A stretch of DNA of 36,251 bases from an uncultured Candidatus Saccharibacteria bacterium (GCA_964527485.1 CAZGPJ010000001.1:1-36251), one strand, 5' to 3'; shown: positions 10,005 through 18,871, counted from the first letter of the stretch. The notes: generated from the letters alone by a model not told the origin. Program-made: numbers and translations.

Positions 10005-10480
10005 AGTACAACGAACTCAAGTTAAAGTCGCACAAAGCACCACGGCGCTCAGGCCGCGGCATTAGTGCTGGCCGTGGCAAAACCGCTGGTCGTGGCACCA
10101 AAGGACAGCGCGCTCGCGCTGGTAGCGGAAAGCGTCCTGGGTTTGAAGGCGGTCAAAATCCTTTGTTGCAGCGTATTCCCAAAATTCCTGGTTTTCGCTC
10201 ACACCGCGTAAAGGCGGAGAACGTTTATCTCGATCAACTCGAGTCAGTCGGCTCAAAAACGATCGACAATTATTCGCTCGCTAAAGCGAAATTGACTTCA
10301 AGTCCCTACGTCCGCGTCAAGTTACTTAGCCGTGGTGATGCCTCTGCGCCCTACACGATAACACTACAGGGTGCGAGCGAATCGGCTGTTGCAGCTGTGC
10401 AGAAGGCGGGTGGTACTTTTCATAAAGTGCCTATGCAGCGACGCGAAAAAACGAGCGACAAAGCTAAAAAAGACGCCTAG
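10001..10480 (+). CDS. rplO: 50S ribosomal protein L15
   Basis: [37 protein letters not shown]-terminus. ATGA overlap with rpsE, so no L30 gene lies between them. Confidence 0.95.
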   Translation: MKYNELKLKSHKAPRRSGRGISAGRGKTAGRGTKGQRARAGSGKRPGFEGGQNPLLQRIPKIPGFRSHRVKAENVYLDQLESVGSKTIDNYSLAKAKLTSSPYVRVKLLSRGDASAPYTITLQGASESAVAAVQKAGGTFHKVPMQRREKTSDKAKKDA

Positions 10481-10482
10481 GT

Positions 10483-10561
10483 TATCTGCTCTTTTGCAGA
10501 TACTAAATATGAACAATTTTGATTTATCTGTGTATCGATATATTATCGGTTCAGATAAATC
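10483..10561 (+). promoter_or_regulatory. Two hairpins/inverted repeats in the rplO-secY spacer that share the half-site TTATCTG
   Basis: TATCTGC-N6-GCAGATA (10483-10502). GATTTATCTG (10521-10530) pairs with CAGATAAATC (10552-10561), with an inner ATCGATA/TATCGGT stem. Confidence 0.5.
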
Positions 10562-10592
10562 GACCCAAAACACTGTGAGGATATAAGCTCGT

Positions 10593-12143
10593 ATGAACTG
10601 GAAACTAATCTGGAAATCACTCCGTAACTCAGACATGAGCAGCCGATTACTCGGCGTGCTTGGCATGTTGCTCGTATTCCGCATCATGGCCGTTATTCCT
10701 ATACCAGTGAGCGACCCTCAGTCTCTTCGCGAAATTCTCGATACGGTTCTAACCGCAGGTGGTGGCTCGCAATTTCTTGGTCTGCTTAACCTCGCTTCCG
10801 GTGGTGCTCTGGCAAACTTTTCCATCATGATCGTTGGTCTTATTCCCTACATTAACGCCTCTATTATTATGCAGCTTTTGACGCGGGCTATTCCCAAGCT
10901 GGAAGCCTTAAATAAAGAGGGTGAATTTGGACGCAAGAAGATTAATCAATACACCCGTATCTTGACCTTTCCTTTGGCTATCATTCAGTCAATCGGTGCA
11001 ATTTTTCTTGTACGCCAAGCTGTTGCTTCCATTGAAGGTGGCTCAGTTACTGAAATATCAGCGGGTGTCAGCATATGGCAATGGGTCCTTATGGTAACAG
11101 CCTTAACTGCCGGCGCCATGATACTCATGTGGCTTGGTGAGCTGATAACAGAAAAGGGAGTTGGGAACGGCATCTCACTGCTTATTACGGCAAGCATTGT
11201 CAGTGAACTACCGAGCACCGTGCGTGCGCTCGGCGGCTCAATCATCGATGACACCCAGTCACTGCAGGTCTTTGGTTTCTCGTTGCCTATTAACCAGACA
11301 CAACTGATTGTCGCTTCGATCATACTCGCCTTTGTCGTTATCTTGACTGTCCTTGTAGTGAAGCTGAACGAGGCACAAAGACGTCTAACGGTGAACTATG
11401 CCAAACGCGTCCAGGGAAACCGAGCTTACGGCGGCGTCACGACCACTCTACCGGTGAAAATGATCACCGCTGGAGTTATACCTATTATCTTTGCGGTTGC
11501 GTTCTTGAGTATCCCCAGTTTTGCGGGACAACTGTTGTTAAGTTCGTCTAACCCAGAGTGGCAACAACTTGGGCAAAACCTGAGTGAATGGTTCGCTCCA
11601 CCGACTGCGCAAGCTTTTGATGACGGCGGGCTGACTTTCTACATCTATCCAGTTGTCTACTTTGTGCTGGTGTTTGCCTTTACCTTCTTCTACACCAACA
11701 TTACGTTTAACGCCAAAGAGATAGCCGAGAACTTACAGAAGCAGGGTGGCTTCATTGCCGATATTCGACCCGGTAAGGAAACTGAGAAATACTTGAGTGT
11801 AGTAGTAAATCGTCTGACATTATTTGGTGCAACGGCCTTAGGCCTTATTGCAACTATACCAATTATTGGTGAAGTTTTCCTCGGCAACAATCTTGCCATT
11901 GCTGGTACGAGTATTCTGATTCTTGTGGCTGTTGCTCTTGAGTCACTGCGCAAGATCGAATCGCGCGCCATGATGATTACGTACGATCAGTATGAGCAGC
12001 CTGACTTTTTCGGCGAACTCGGTGACGAGAAAACAGATGACGAGAAAAAGCCGGCCAAAAAGAAAAGACGTTTACTCCGCCGTTCACAGAAGGACAATGC
12101 GCCTAAATCCGATGCAAAAAACGATGATGATACCAAAGAATAG
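10593..12143 (+). CDS. secY: Preprotein translocase subunit SecY with a charged C-terminal extension
   Basis: About 10 hydrophobic segments, GLIPYINASIIMQLL and GNGISLLI motifs, in the expected operon position. At 516 aa it is longer than the usual ~430-445 aa. Confidence 0.95.
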   Translation: MNWKLIWKSLRNSDMSSRLLGVLGMLLVFRIMAVIPIPVSDPQSLREILDTVLTAGGGSQFLGLLNLASGGALANFSIMIVGLIPYINASIIMQLLTRAIPKLEALNKEGEFGRKKINQYTRILTFPLAIIQSIGAIFLVRQAVASIEGGSVTEISAGVSIWQWVLMVTALTAGAMILMWLGELITEKGVGNGISLLITASIVSELPSTVRALGGSIIDDTQSLQVFGFSLPINQTQLIVASIILAFVVILTVLVVKLNEAQRRLTVNYAKRVQGNRAYGGVTTTLPVKMITAGVIPIIFAVAFLSIPSFAGQLLLSSSNPEWQQLGQNLSEWFAPPTAQAFDDGGLTFYIYPVVYFVLVFAFTFFYTNITFNAKEIAENLQKQGGFIADIRPGKETEKYLSVVVNRLTLFGATALGLIATIPIIGEVFLGNNLAIAGTSILILVAVALESLRKIESRAMMITYDQYEQPDFFGELGDEKTDDEKKPAKKKRRLLRRSQKDNAPKSDAKNDDDTKE

Positions 12144-12174
12144 ACGAGACATGCTCAATTACCTGAAAAAACAC

Positions 12175-12204
12175 TTTACATTATCTGTTAGATGCTGCTA
12201 TAAT
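12175..12204 (+). promoter_or_regulatory. Candidate promoter for infA-rpmJ-rpsM and downstream genes
   Basis: TTTACA (12175-12180), 18 bp, extended -10 TGcTATAAT (12196-12204). This predicts a very short leader without a Shine-Dalgarno before the infA ATG at 12224. Confidence 0.6.
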
Positions 12205-12223
12205 CAAGACTTGTTATATTTTT

Positions 12224-12445
12224 ATGGCCAAAAATAAGGAAGTAATCGAGTTGGACGGTGTTATCACCGAGGCGCTACCTGGAACACAGTTCAGGGTAGA
12301 ACTTGAGAATGGCCATGAAATCATAGCTCATGTTGCCGGGAAGATGCGGAAGTATTATATCCGTTTAGTCCCGGGAGATACGGTCAAGGTAGAATTGACG
12401 CCTTACGATCTTACGAAGGGTCGGATAACCTACCGTAACAAGTAA
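12224..12445 (+). CDS. infA: Translation initiation factor IF-1
   Basis: [64 protein letters not shown] matches the IF-1 S1-fold consensus. Confidence 0.97.
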   Translation: MAKNKEVIELDGVITEALPGTQFRVELENGHEIIAHVAGKMRKYYIRLVPGDTVKVELTPYDLTKGRITYRNK

Positions 12446-12502
12446 ATTTATTAAATATATTAAGCAGTGTGTCATCGCTGAAAAGTAAAGGAGATGATCC
12501 GC

Positions 12503-13008
<506 letters not shown>

Positions 13009-13030
13009 GAAGGAATGAAGTAGATATAAT

Positions 13031-13444
13031 ATGAGTGAATCAACCAAAGCAAAGCCAGCACCAGCCAAAGCCCGTCGGAAAAAAGCCAAGCGCTCCGTCC
13101 CGTTCGGTCAGCTGCATGTCTTAGCAACATTCAACAACACCATTATCACCTTCACCGACAAGAGCGGTGGAGTGCTGGTAAGTTCTAGCGCTGGAGCGTG
13201 TGGATTTCGTGGCAGCAAAAAATCAACTGCATACGCCGCGCAAATAGCTGCCGATAAGGCCGCCGAGTCCGTTAAGCAGCTACACGGCACGACGAAGGTG
13301 GACGCTTTCGTCAAAGGAGTTGGCCTCGGACGCGAAGCCGTGGTGCGCGCAATGCAGAACCACGATATTGTCGTCGAGAGTATTACAGATGTAACAGGTG
13401 TCGCCCACGGTGGCTGTCGACCAAGAAAGGCACGAAGGGTCTAG
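13031..13444 (+). CDS. rpsK: 30S ribosomal protein S11
   Basis: Contains HVLATFNNTIITFTD and GVAHGGCRPRKARRV. It has a Lys/Ala-rich N-terminal extension. Confidence 0.96.
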   Translation: MSESTKAKPAPAKARRKKAKRSVPFGQLHVLATFNNTIITFTDKSGGVLVSSSAGACGFRGSKKSTAYAAQIAADKAAESVKQLHGTTKVDAFVKGVGLGREAVVRAMQNHDIVVESITDVTGVAHGGCRPRKARRV

Positions 13445-13447
13445 ATT

Positions 13448-14062
13448 ATGGCACGAGATACACAATCGATTGTAAAAATGAGTCGGCGTGAAGGATATGC
13501 TTTGCACCCAAAGGCTCACAAAGCGCTCGTCAAGCGAGCCACAGTACCTGGCGAACAAGGCCGTAACCAACGCGGTAAACCAAGTCAGTATGCGCTACAG
13601 TTACGTGAAAAGCAGAAAGTAAAGCGCCTATATGGTCTCCTTGAGCGTCAGTTCAGTAATCTTATGAAGGAAGCCTCAAAGACCAAAGGAAAATCAGGCG
13701 CCACGCTTCTACAGTTTTTGGAGCAACGTCTTGATAACGCCGTCTATCGAGCTGGATTTGCTCCATCTCGACGGGCTGCACGTCAACTGGTTACGCATGG
13801 TCACTTTGAGCTAAACGGTCGGCGTGTTGATATTCCATCAATTCGTTTGCAGGCTGAGGACAAGGTGACTCTTCGTAAAAAAAGCCAGACCAATGAGTAC
13901 TTCAAAAAAATCGATGATACGAGCCCCGCACCGTCTGAGTCACCCGCTTGGCTGAAGGTTAATCGAAAGAAGTTCGAAATAGTTGTAGCTGGATTACCCA
14001 CACGTGATGATGCGGAGCCAGATTTACACGAGCAATTAATTGTAGAGTATTATTCACGGTAG
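13448..14062 (+). CDS. rpsD: 30S ribosomal protein S4
   Basis: QLREKQKVKRLYG motif, S4 domain (RLDNAVYRAGFAPSRRAARQLVTHGHF) and C-terminus IVEYYSR. Confidence 0.96.
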   Translation: MARDTQSIVKMSRREGYALHPKAHKALVKRATVPGEQGRNQRGKPSQYALQLREKQKVKRLYGLLERQFSNLMKEASKTKGKSGATLLQFLEQRLDNAVYRAGFAPSRRAARQLVTHGHFELNGRRVDIPSIRLQAEDKVTLRKKSQTNEYFKKIDDTSPAPSESPAWLKVNRKKFEIVVAGLPTRDDAEPDLHEQLIVEYYSR

Positions 14063-14080
14063 GGAGGCCGAAGAAACATT

Positions 14081-15019
14081 ATGTCAAATCTTATACACAC
14101 ACCGGGGCTGGTCAACGTCGAGGAACACGACGACAACAGCGCTACCTTTACTATCGAGCCGCTACACACAGGCTATGGCATGACGCTTGGCAACTCGCTT
14201 CGACGGGTATTGCTCTCAAGCATTGCTGGAGCAGCTATCACCGGCTTTAAGGTCGAGGGAGCAACCCACGAGTTTACTACTCTACCAGGAGTAAAAGAAG
14301 ATATCGTTGATATCATGCTTCATCTCAAAGGCATTCGCTTTAAGTTGTATGGCGACGACGTGCAAACGCTACGGATTTCCAAAAAAGGCGCAGGAACCGT
14401 AACCGCCCGTGATATTGAGCTCAACGCCGACGTTGAGGTTGTGAATCCAGAACAAATTATCGCTACAATTGATGACGATAAAGCCTCTTTGCAAATGGAT
14501 ATTGTTGTAGAGACGGGGCGTGGTTATCGCACCATCGAAGAGGTGTCTGAGCGAAAACAGTCAGATCTTATTGCCTTGGACGCCGCCTTTAGCCCCATCC
14601 AGCGAGTACGCTACAAAGTTGAAGATACGCGTGTTGGCCAGATTACCGACCTCGATAAGGTACTGATAACTGTTGACACCGACGGCACGATTACTCCACG
14701 CGAAGCTTTTGAAGAAGCCGCCGCAATCTTGGTGAACCAATATACAGCACTTGCCGGGCAAACTGAAGTTGAGGCGGGAGCACCACTCACTGCCCAGACT
14801 ATCGAAGAAGAGCCAGAATCCGATGAGCCTGCTGAACTGCTGACTTCTATCGAAGACCTGAATCTATCGGCACGAACCACGAATGCCTTGATTAATAACG
14901 ACGTCCACACGCTGAAAGATCTATTTTCTCTAAGTGACATCGAGCTTCGTGAACTAAAGGGATTTGGAAATAAAGCGCTGGAAGAAGTCAAAGATAAGAT
15001 GGCGGAGTTGGAGCTGTAA
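14081..15019 (+). CDS. rpoA: DNA-directed RNA polymerase subunit alpha
   Basis: N-terminal domain (EPLHTGYGMTLGNSLRRVLLSSI) and C-terminal domain (LNLSARTTNALINNDVHTLKDL...ELKGFGNKALEEV). Confidence 0.96.
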   Translation: MSNLIHTPGLVNVEEHDDNSATFTIEPLHTGYGMTLGNSLRRVLLSSIAGAAITGFKVEGATHEFTTLPGVKEDIVDIMLHLKGIRFKLYGDDVQTLRISKKGAGTVTARDIELNADVEVVNPEQIIATIDDDKASLQMDIVVETGRGYRTIEEVSERKQSDLIALDAAFSPIQRVRYKVEDTRVGQITDLDKVLITVDTDGTITPREAFEEAAAILVNQYTALAGQTEVEAGAPLTAQTIEEEPESDEPAELLTSIEDLNLSARTTNALINNDVHTLKDLFSLSDIELRELKGFGNKALEEVKDKMAELEL

Positions 15020-15020
15020 T

Positions 15021-15458
15021 ATGCATCGTCACGGGTATACAGGAAGAAAATTCCATAGAGAGGCTGATCAACGACGATCTATGATGAAGAGCTTGGCCGA
15101 CTCACTCATTGAGCACGGTTCTGTTGAGACGACGTTGCCAAAGGCGAAAGAACTGCGTCCGTATGCAGAAAAATTAATCACCAAAGCAAAGAAAGGCGAC
15201 CTGCACAGTCGACGCCTAATACTATCTCGTCTACACACGGTCGCAAGTATGCATAAATTAGTTGATGAGATTGCACCGCAGCTAACGGATCGCCAGAGTG
15301 GCTACCTGCGGATTGAGCGAACCCGGGTTCGACGGGGCGACAATGCACAGCTCGCACGTATTTCGTTTGTTGACGACGTTACATCCCCAGACAGCACACC
15401 AAATGCGTCGGTGGAGACACAAGACACGCAAGAAGCTACCGAGAAAGCAAAGGCATAA
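15021..15458 (+). CDS. rplQ: 50S ribosomal protein L17
   Basis: ATG lies 2 nt after the rpoA stop. MHRHGYTGRKFHREADQRRSMMKSLADSLIEHGSVETT matches the L17 N-terminus. Confidence 0.95.
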   Translation: MHRHGYTGRKFHREADQRRSMMKSLADSLIEHGSVETTLPKAKELRPYAEKLITKAKKGDLHSRRLILSRLHTVASMHKLVDEIAPQLTDRQSGYLRIERTRVRRGDNAQLARISFVDDVTSPDSTPNASVETQDTQEATEKAKA

Positions 15459-15460
15459 GT

Positions 15461-15904
15461 ATGAAAACATATAGCGCAAAACCAACCGACGTAACACGAG
15501 CTTGGCACCAGGTCGATGCATCTGAGGCTTCGCTCGGCAGATTAGCAACCGTGATTGCAGGGTTGCTCATGGGTAAAGGTAAGCCACAGTACACAGCGCA
15601 CATCGACTGTGGCGACTTTGTGGTAGTAACAAATGCCGACAACTTACATGTAACTGGTGATAAAAAACGTAAGAAAATCTATCACCGTCACAGCGGCTAC
15701 CCAGGCGGCATCTATGACAACACGCTAGAGCAAGTCCTTGAAAAGGACGCCTCTCAGGCTGTCGTGAAAGCGGTCCGTGGAATGCTGCCAGCTAATAAGC
15801 TACGCGATGAACGTATGAAGAGATTAAAGGTATTTAACGGCACAACACATTCTCATGAAGCACAAAAGCCAGTGTCTTTGTCCCTAAAGAAAGGAAATAA
15901 GTAA
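15461..15904 (+). CDS. rplM: 50S ribosomal protein L13
   Basis: WHQVDASEASLGRLATVIAGLLMGKGKP and HSGYPGG motifs. Confidence 0.96.
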   Translation: MKTYSAKPTDVTRAWHQVDASEASLGRLATVIAGLLMGKGKPQYTAHIDCGDFVVVTNADNLHVTGDKKRKKIYHRHSGYPGGIYDNTLEQVLEKDASQAVVKAVRGMLPANKLRDERMKRLKVFNGTTHSHEAQKPVSLSLKKGNK

Positions 15905-16305
15905 TGGCTGATTCACACTATCACTACGCACTCGGACGCCGTAAGAGCTCAACCTCTCGTGTTCGCCTACAAAACGGAAAAGGCAACTTTACTATTAACG
16001 GTAAAGAAGTCAAAGATTACCTGAGCAACAGCAAGCCATTGCTTCACAAATTGGCCATGCCGTTTAATGTTGTCGACCTTGAAACCGCGAAGTATGACCT
16101 CAGTGTCGTCGTAAAAGGTGGAGGAATGACTGGCCAAGTCGAGGCAACACAGTTAGCTATTGCGAAAGCTTTGATTGTCATGAATCCTGACCTGAAGAGC
16201 ACCCTGAAGCGCGCCGACCTTCTCGGTCGAGACCCGCGCGAAAAAGAGCGCAAAAAGCCAGGTCTGCGCAGTGCACGTAAGCAACGACAGTTTACAAAAC
16301 GCTAG
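15904..16305 (+). CDS. rpsI: 30S ribosomal protein S9
   Basis: GRRKSSTSRVRL motif and C-terminus RKKPGLRSARKQRQFTKR. TAATG overlap with rplM. Confidence 0.96.
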   Translation: MADSHYHYALGRRKSSTSRVRLQNGKGNFTINGKEVKDYLSNSKPLLHKLAMPFNVVDLETAKYDLSVVVKGGGMTGQVEATQLAIAKALIVMNPDLKSTLKRADLLGRDPREKERKKPGLRSARKQRQFTKR

Positions 16306-16345
16306 TCTACTAGTGCGCACACAATCTGTTCATACGACAATGAGT

Positions 16346-16375
16346 TTGACCGAGTTCGTGAGATCTTGCTATAGT
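16346..16375 (+). promoter_or_regulatory. Candidate promoter downstream of rpsI
   Basis: TTGACC (16346-16351), 18 bp, TATAGT (16370-16375). Confidence 0.5.
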
Positions 16376-16384
16376 GATACGAAC

Positions 16385-16474
16385 ATGAGTATACATACGT
16401 ACATCAACGAACAGTTTTGGTTTACCAAGCCTTCTATGAGGCGGAGCTGTGCGTTTGGTCTATTTATGGAATAA
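16385..16474 (+). CDS. Speculative 29-codon leaderless mini-ORF (possible leader peptide). The unit may instead be a non-coding RNA.
   Basis: ATG lies 9 nt after the -10 box and has no Shine-Dalgarno. It encodes MSIHTYINEQFWFTKPSMRRSCAFGLFME, and an intrinsic terminator follows 30 nt later. Confidence 0.25.
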   Translation: MSIHTYINEQFWFTKPSMRRSCAFGLFME

Positions 16475-16503
16475 ATACCCATAACAACACACAAAATTAT
16501 TTT

Positions 16504-16528
16504 ACCGCCTCTCGGAAGGCGGTTTTTT
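16504..16528 (+). terminator. Rho-independent terminator/attenuator hairpin upstream of orf94-trpS
   Basis: ACCGCCT-CTCGGA-AGGCGGT followed by TTTTT. It lies about 200 nt after the rpsI stop and about 45 nt before the next ORF. Confidence 0.7.
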
Positions 16529-16571
16529 ATTGGGTAAAAGATCAAATAATGCATGACAAAGGAGATGAAGA

Positions 16572-16856
16572 ATGACCAATGAACCGATATATATTGTAGA
16601 ACATGAATCATACGTTGAGCTGCGCGGACTCACGACTGAGACGGATGTTGATGAGCGCATAACGACGTCAATTAGTGCGGACCCCCGTTTGATGCACTAT
16701 ATTGTCCAGCGTATCGCACACAATAGAGCAGAGCAGCGGCTGGCTGAGAGCGGACCTGATAGCGCTCGCGCGCAGCGAATCGGCGATATATTAGCGCACG
16801 AACTCATCGAAGTCGCAGAGCTAGTGCAATCAAAAATACCGACGGCGAGAGATTAG
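16572..16856 (+). CDS. Hypothetical protein (94 aa)
   Basis: Strong AAAGGAG lies 7 nt upstream of the ATG. I recognise no family. Confidence 0.6.
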   Translation: MTNEPIYIVEHESYVELRGLTTETDVDERITTSISADPRLMHYIVQRIAHNRAEQRLAESGPDSARAQRIGDILAHELIEVAELVQSKIPTARD

Positions 16857-16888
16857 CTGGCGTAGTGAGGTATAATGGGGGCATACGT

Positions 16889-17995
16889 ATGAATAAACAA
16901 GTTATCTTAACCGGACTTCGGGCCAACAACGACCTACACCTTGGAAATTACCTCGGTGCGCTATTGCCTTTGATCGATCTAGCACGCACCAAAGCCGGTG
17001 AATATCGATTACATCTTTTTGTGCCGGATCTTCATAGTTTTACAACACCGGTCAATCACGATGAGCTTCAGCAAGGCATCATTGACAATATTACAGCCTA
17101 CATTGCACTTGGTTTGCCAGTTGATCATTCAGACATAAATGTATACCGACAAAGTTATATTTCTGCTCACTCAGAATTAACGTGGATATTGAGTTGCTTT
17201 ACTCGCTTTGGTGAGATGAGCCGTATGACGCAATTTAAAGACAAATCGGCTCAAATCACTAATCAGCATCTACAGGACGAAAGTTGGAATGAGTCACCAG
17301 TTGGCTACGAAGCCTCCTTGCCAAAAGAGTCTGCACACGAACGCCCCAGTGCATCAGTCGGACTGTTTAGTTATCCTATACTGATGGCTGCGGACATTTT
17401 ACTCTACAGCGCCCAGTACGTCCCTGTTGGCGACGACCAAACGCAGCACCTTGAGTTTACTCGCGACGTGGCTGAGCGGATGAACCGCAAATTTGCGCGA
17501 GAGCTTTTTGTTGTACCCCACGAGACGCAAAAACAGCACCAATTTTTTGGCAAAGATCAGGGCCTGCGCATACGTGATTTGGTTAACCCAACGAAAAAGA
17601 TGAGTAAAAGTGACGAAACAGGCAAGGGTGTTATTTTTCTTCAGGACAGCCCAGATGAGGCGAAGAGAAAGATTATGTCCGCGACCACTGACAGCTTTGC
17701 AGACGTGCAGTATGACTATGATACGCGCCCAGGGATTAGTAATTTACTCGATATATATCAATGTATGGGCGCAGATCCGCAGGAGTTTATAGGAAACAGC
17801 CAATATGGACCACTAAAAAAGGCAGTAGCTGAGCGAGTTGGCGAGTTTCTGTCCGAGCACCAAAATAATCGGCGCGATGTTAAGCGCGAGGACGTAGAGG
17901 CACTACTCGCACGCTCGGAAGAGTCTGTTCGGACTGTAGCGACCGAACGCCTGTATGCTGTCCAGCAAGCAGTCGGACTACGGCCGCAGGAATAA
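16889..17995 (+). CDS. trpS: Tryptophan--tRNA ligase
   Basis: N-terminal LHLGNYLGA (HIGH-type), VPVGDDQTQHLEFTRDVAERMN and KMSKS motifs. ATG at 16889 is preferred over the GTG at 16865. Confidence 0.9.
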   Translation: MNKQVILTGLRANNDLHLGNYLGALLPLIDLARTKAGEYRLHLFVPDLHSFTTPVNHDELQQGIIDNITAYIALGLPVDHSDINVYRQSYISAHSELTWILSCFTRFGEMSRMTQFKDKSAQITNQHLQDESWNESPVGYEASLPKESAHERPSASVGLFSYPILMAADILLYSAQYVPVGDDQTQHLEFTRDVAERMNRKFARELFVVPHETQKQHQFFGKDQGLRIRDLVNPTKKMSKSDETGKGVIFLQDSPDEAKRKIMSATTDSFADVQYDYDTRPGISNLLDIYQCMGADPQEFIGNSQYGPLKKAVAERVGEFLSEHQNNRRDVKREDVEALLARSEESVRTVATERLYAVQQAVGLRPQE

Positions 17996-18001
17996 GGTTG
18001 T

Positions 18002-18871
18002 ATGCGTTTCACCGTTGAGCCTCGTGAGGACAAGCAGCGCCTCGACCACGTTCTTGCAGGACGTTTTCCTGCTATCAGTCGTAGCTTCTTGCAGAGTTTA
18101 TGCAAAGAAGATAGTGTACACGTCAATAGTGCGCCGCAAAAGTCAGGTTATAAATTGCGCTGGGGCGACACAGTAGAGATTATGTATGATATGTCTTCAA
18201 TTGGCACAGTTCCTGATATTGATATTCCCATACTCTATGAAGATGACAATGTTCTGGTTGTGAACAAGCCTGCCGGAGTTTTGAGTCATGCCTTGAGTAA
18301 ATTCAAACAAGAGCCCAGCGTCGCAAGTTTTTTGCGGCAGCGATCTCAGGCCTCAGCTGAAACGCCTGATGTGCGCTGGGGTATTGTTCACCGCCTGGAT
18401 CGGGCAACAAGTGGGGTTATGATTTGCGCGAAGACGACCCAGGCAACAACTCATTTACAAAAACAATTTGCCGATCGTCAGGTACAGAAGCGCTACGTGG
18501 CTGTTGTTGGCGGTGTGCCAAAACGCGAGACAGCTCATATCGACGTACCTATTGAGAGAAATCCGAAGAAGCCAGCAACGTTTCGCGTTGGCAACAGGGG
18601 AAAGCAGGCGACAACCTACTATCAGCTCATGAAGACAAACACTGAGTACAGTATGATATCGCTTGCACCGAAGACTGGCCGGACACACCAACTCCGTGTA
18701 CACATGGCTTATGTGAACTGCCCAATTGTCGGCGACTTTCTCTACGGCGGCGATTTAGCCGATCGGCTATATTTGCATGCCCATGAGTTAGAGCTTGCGA
18801 TACGCCCCGGTGAAACAAAACGTTTGACTGCTCCACTGCCAAAAGAATTTGAGCAAAAGGTTTCAGCATGA
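18002..18871 (+). CDS. RluA/RluD-family rRNA pseudouridine synthase with an N-terminal S4 domain
   Basis: HRLDRATSGVMICAKT catalytic motif and TGRTHQLRVH motif. The N-terminus is S4-like (RLDHVLAGRF...). Confidence 0.88.
   Translation: MRFTVEPREDKQRLDHVLAGRFPAISRSFLQSLCKEDSVHVNSAPQKSGYKLRWGDTVEIMYDMSSIGTVPDIDIPILYEDDNVLVVNKPAGVLSHALSKFKQEPSVASFLRQRSQASAETPDVRWGIVHRLDRATSGVMICAKTTQATTHLQKQFADRQVQKRYVAVVGGVPKRETAHIDVPIERNPKKPATFRVGNRGKQATTYYQLMKTNTEYSMISLAPKTGRTHQLRVHMAYVNCPIVGDFLYGGDLADRLYLHAHELELAIRPGETKRLTAPLPKEFEQKVSA

Noticed and set aside
16271-16474. 67-aa ORF overlapping the 3' end of rpsI.
   Set aside because: Its first 12 codons overlap rpsI out of frame, with no RBS. Only the last 29 codons, after the candidate promoter, are considered, and those only speculatively.
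16376-16571. T-box riboswitch upstream of trpS.
   Set aside because: The leader is only about 150 nt and lacks the conserved T-box sequence (AGGGUGGNACCGCG-type with the UGGN bulge). AAUUAUUUUACCGCC shares only the flanks with it. I also found no convincing Stem I/specifier architecture. A different attenuation mechanism or an sRNA is more plausible.
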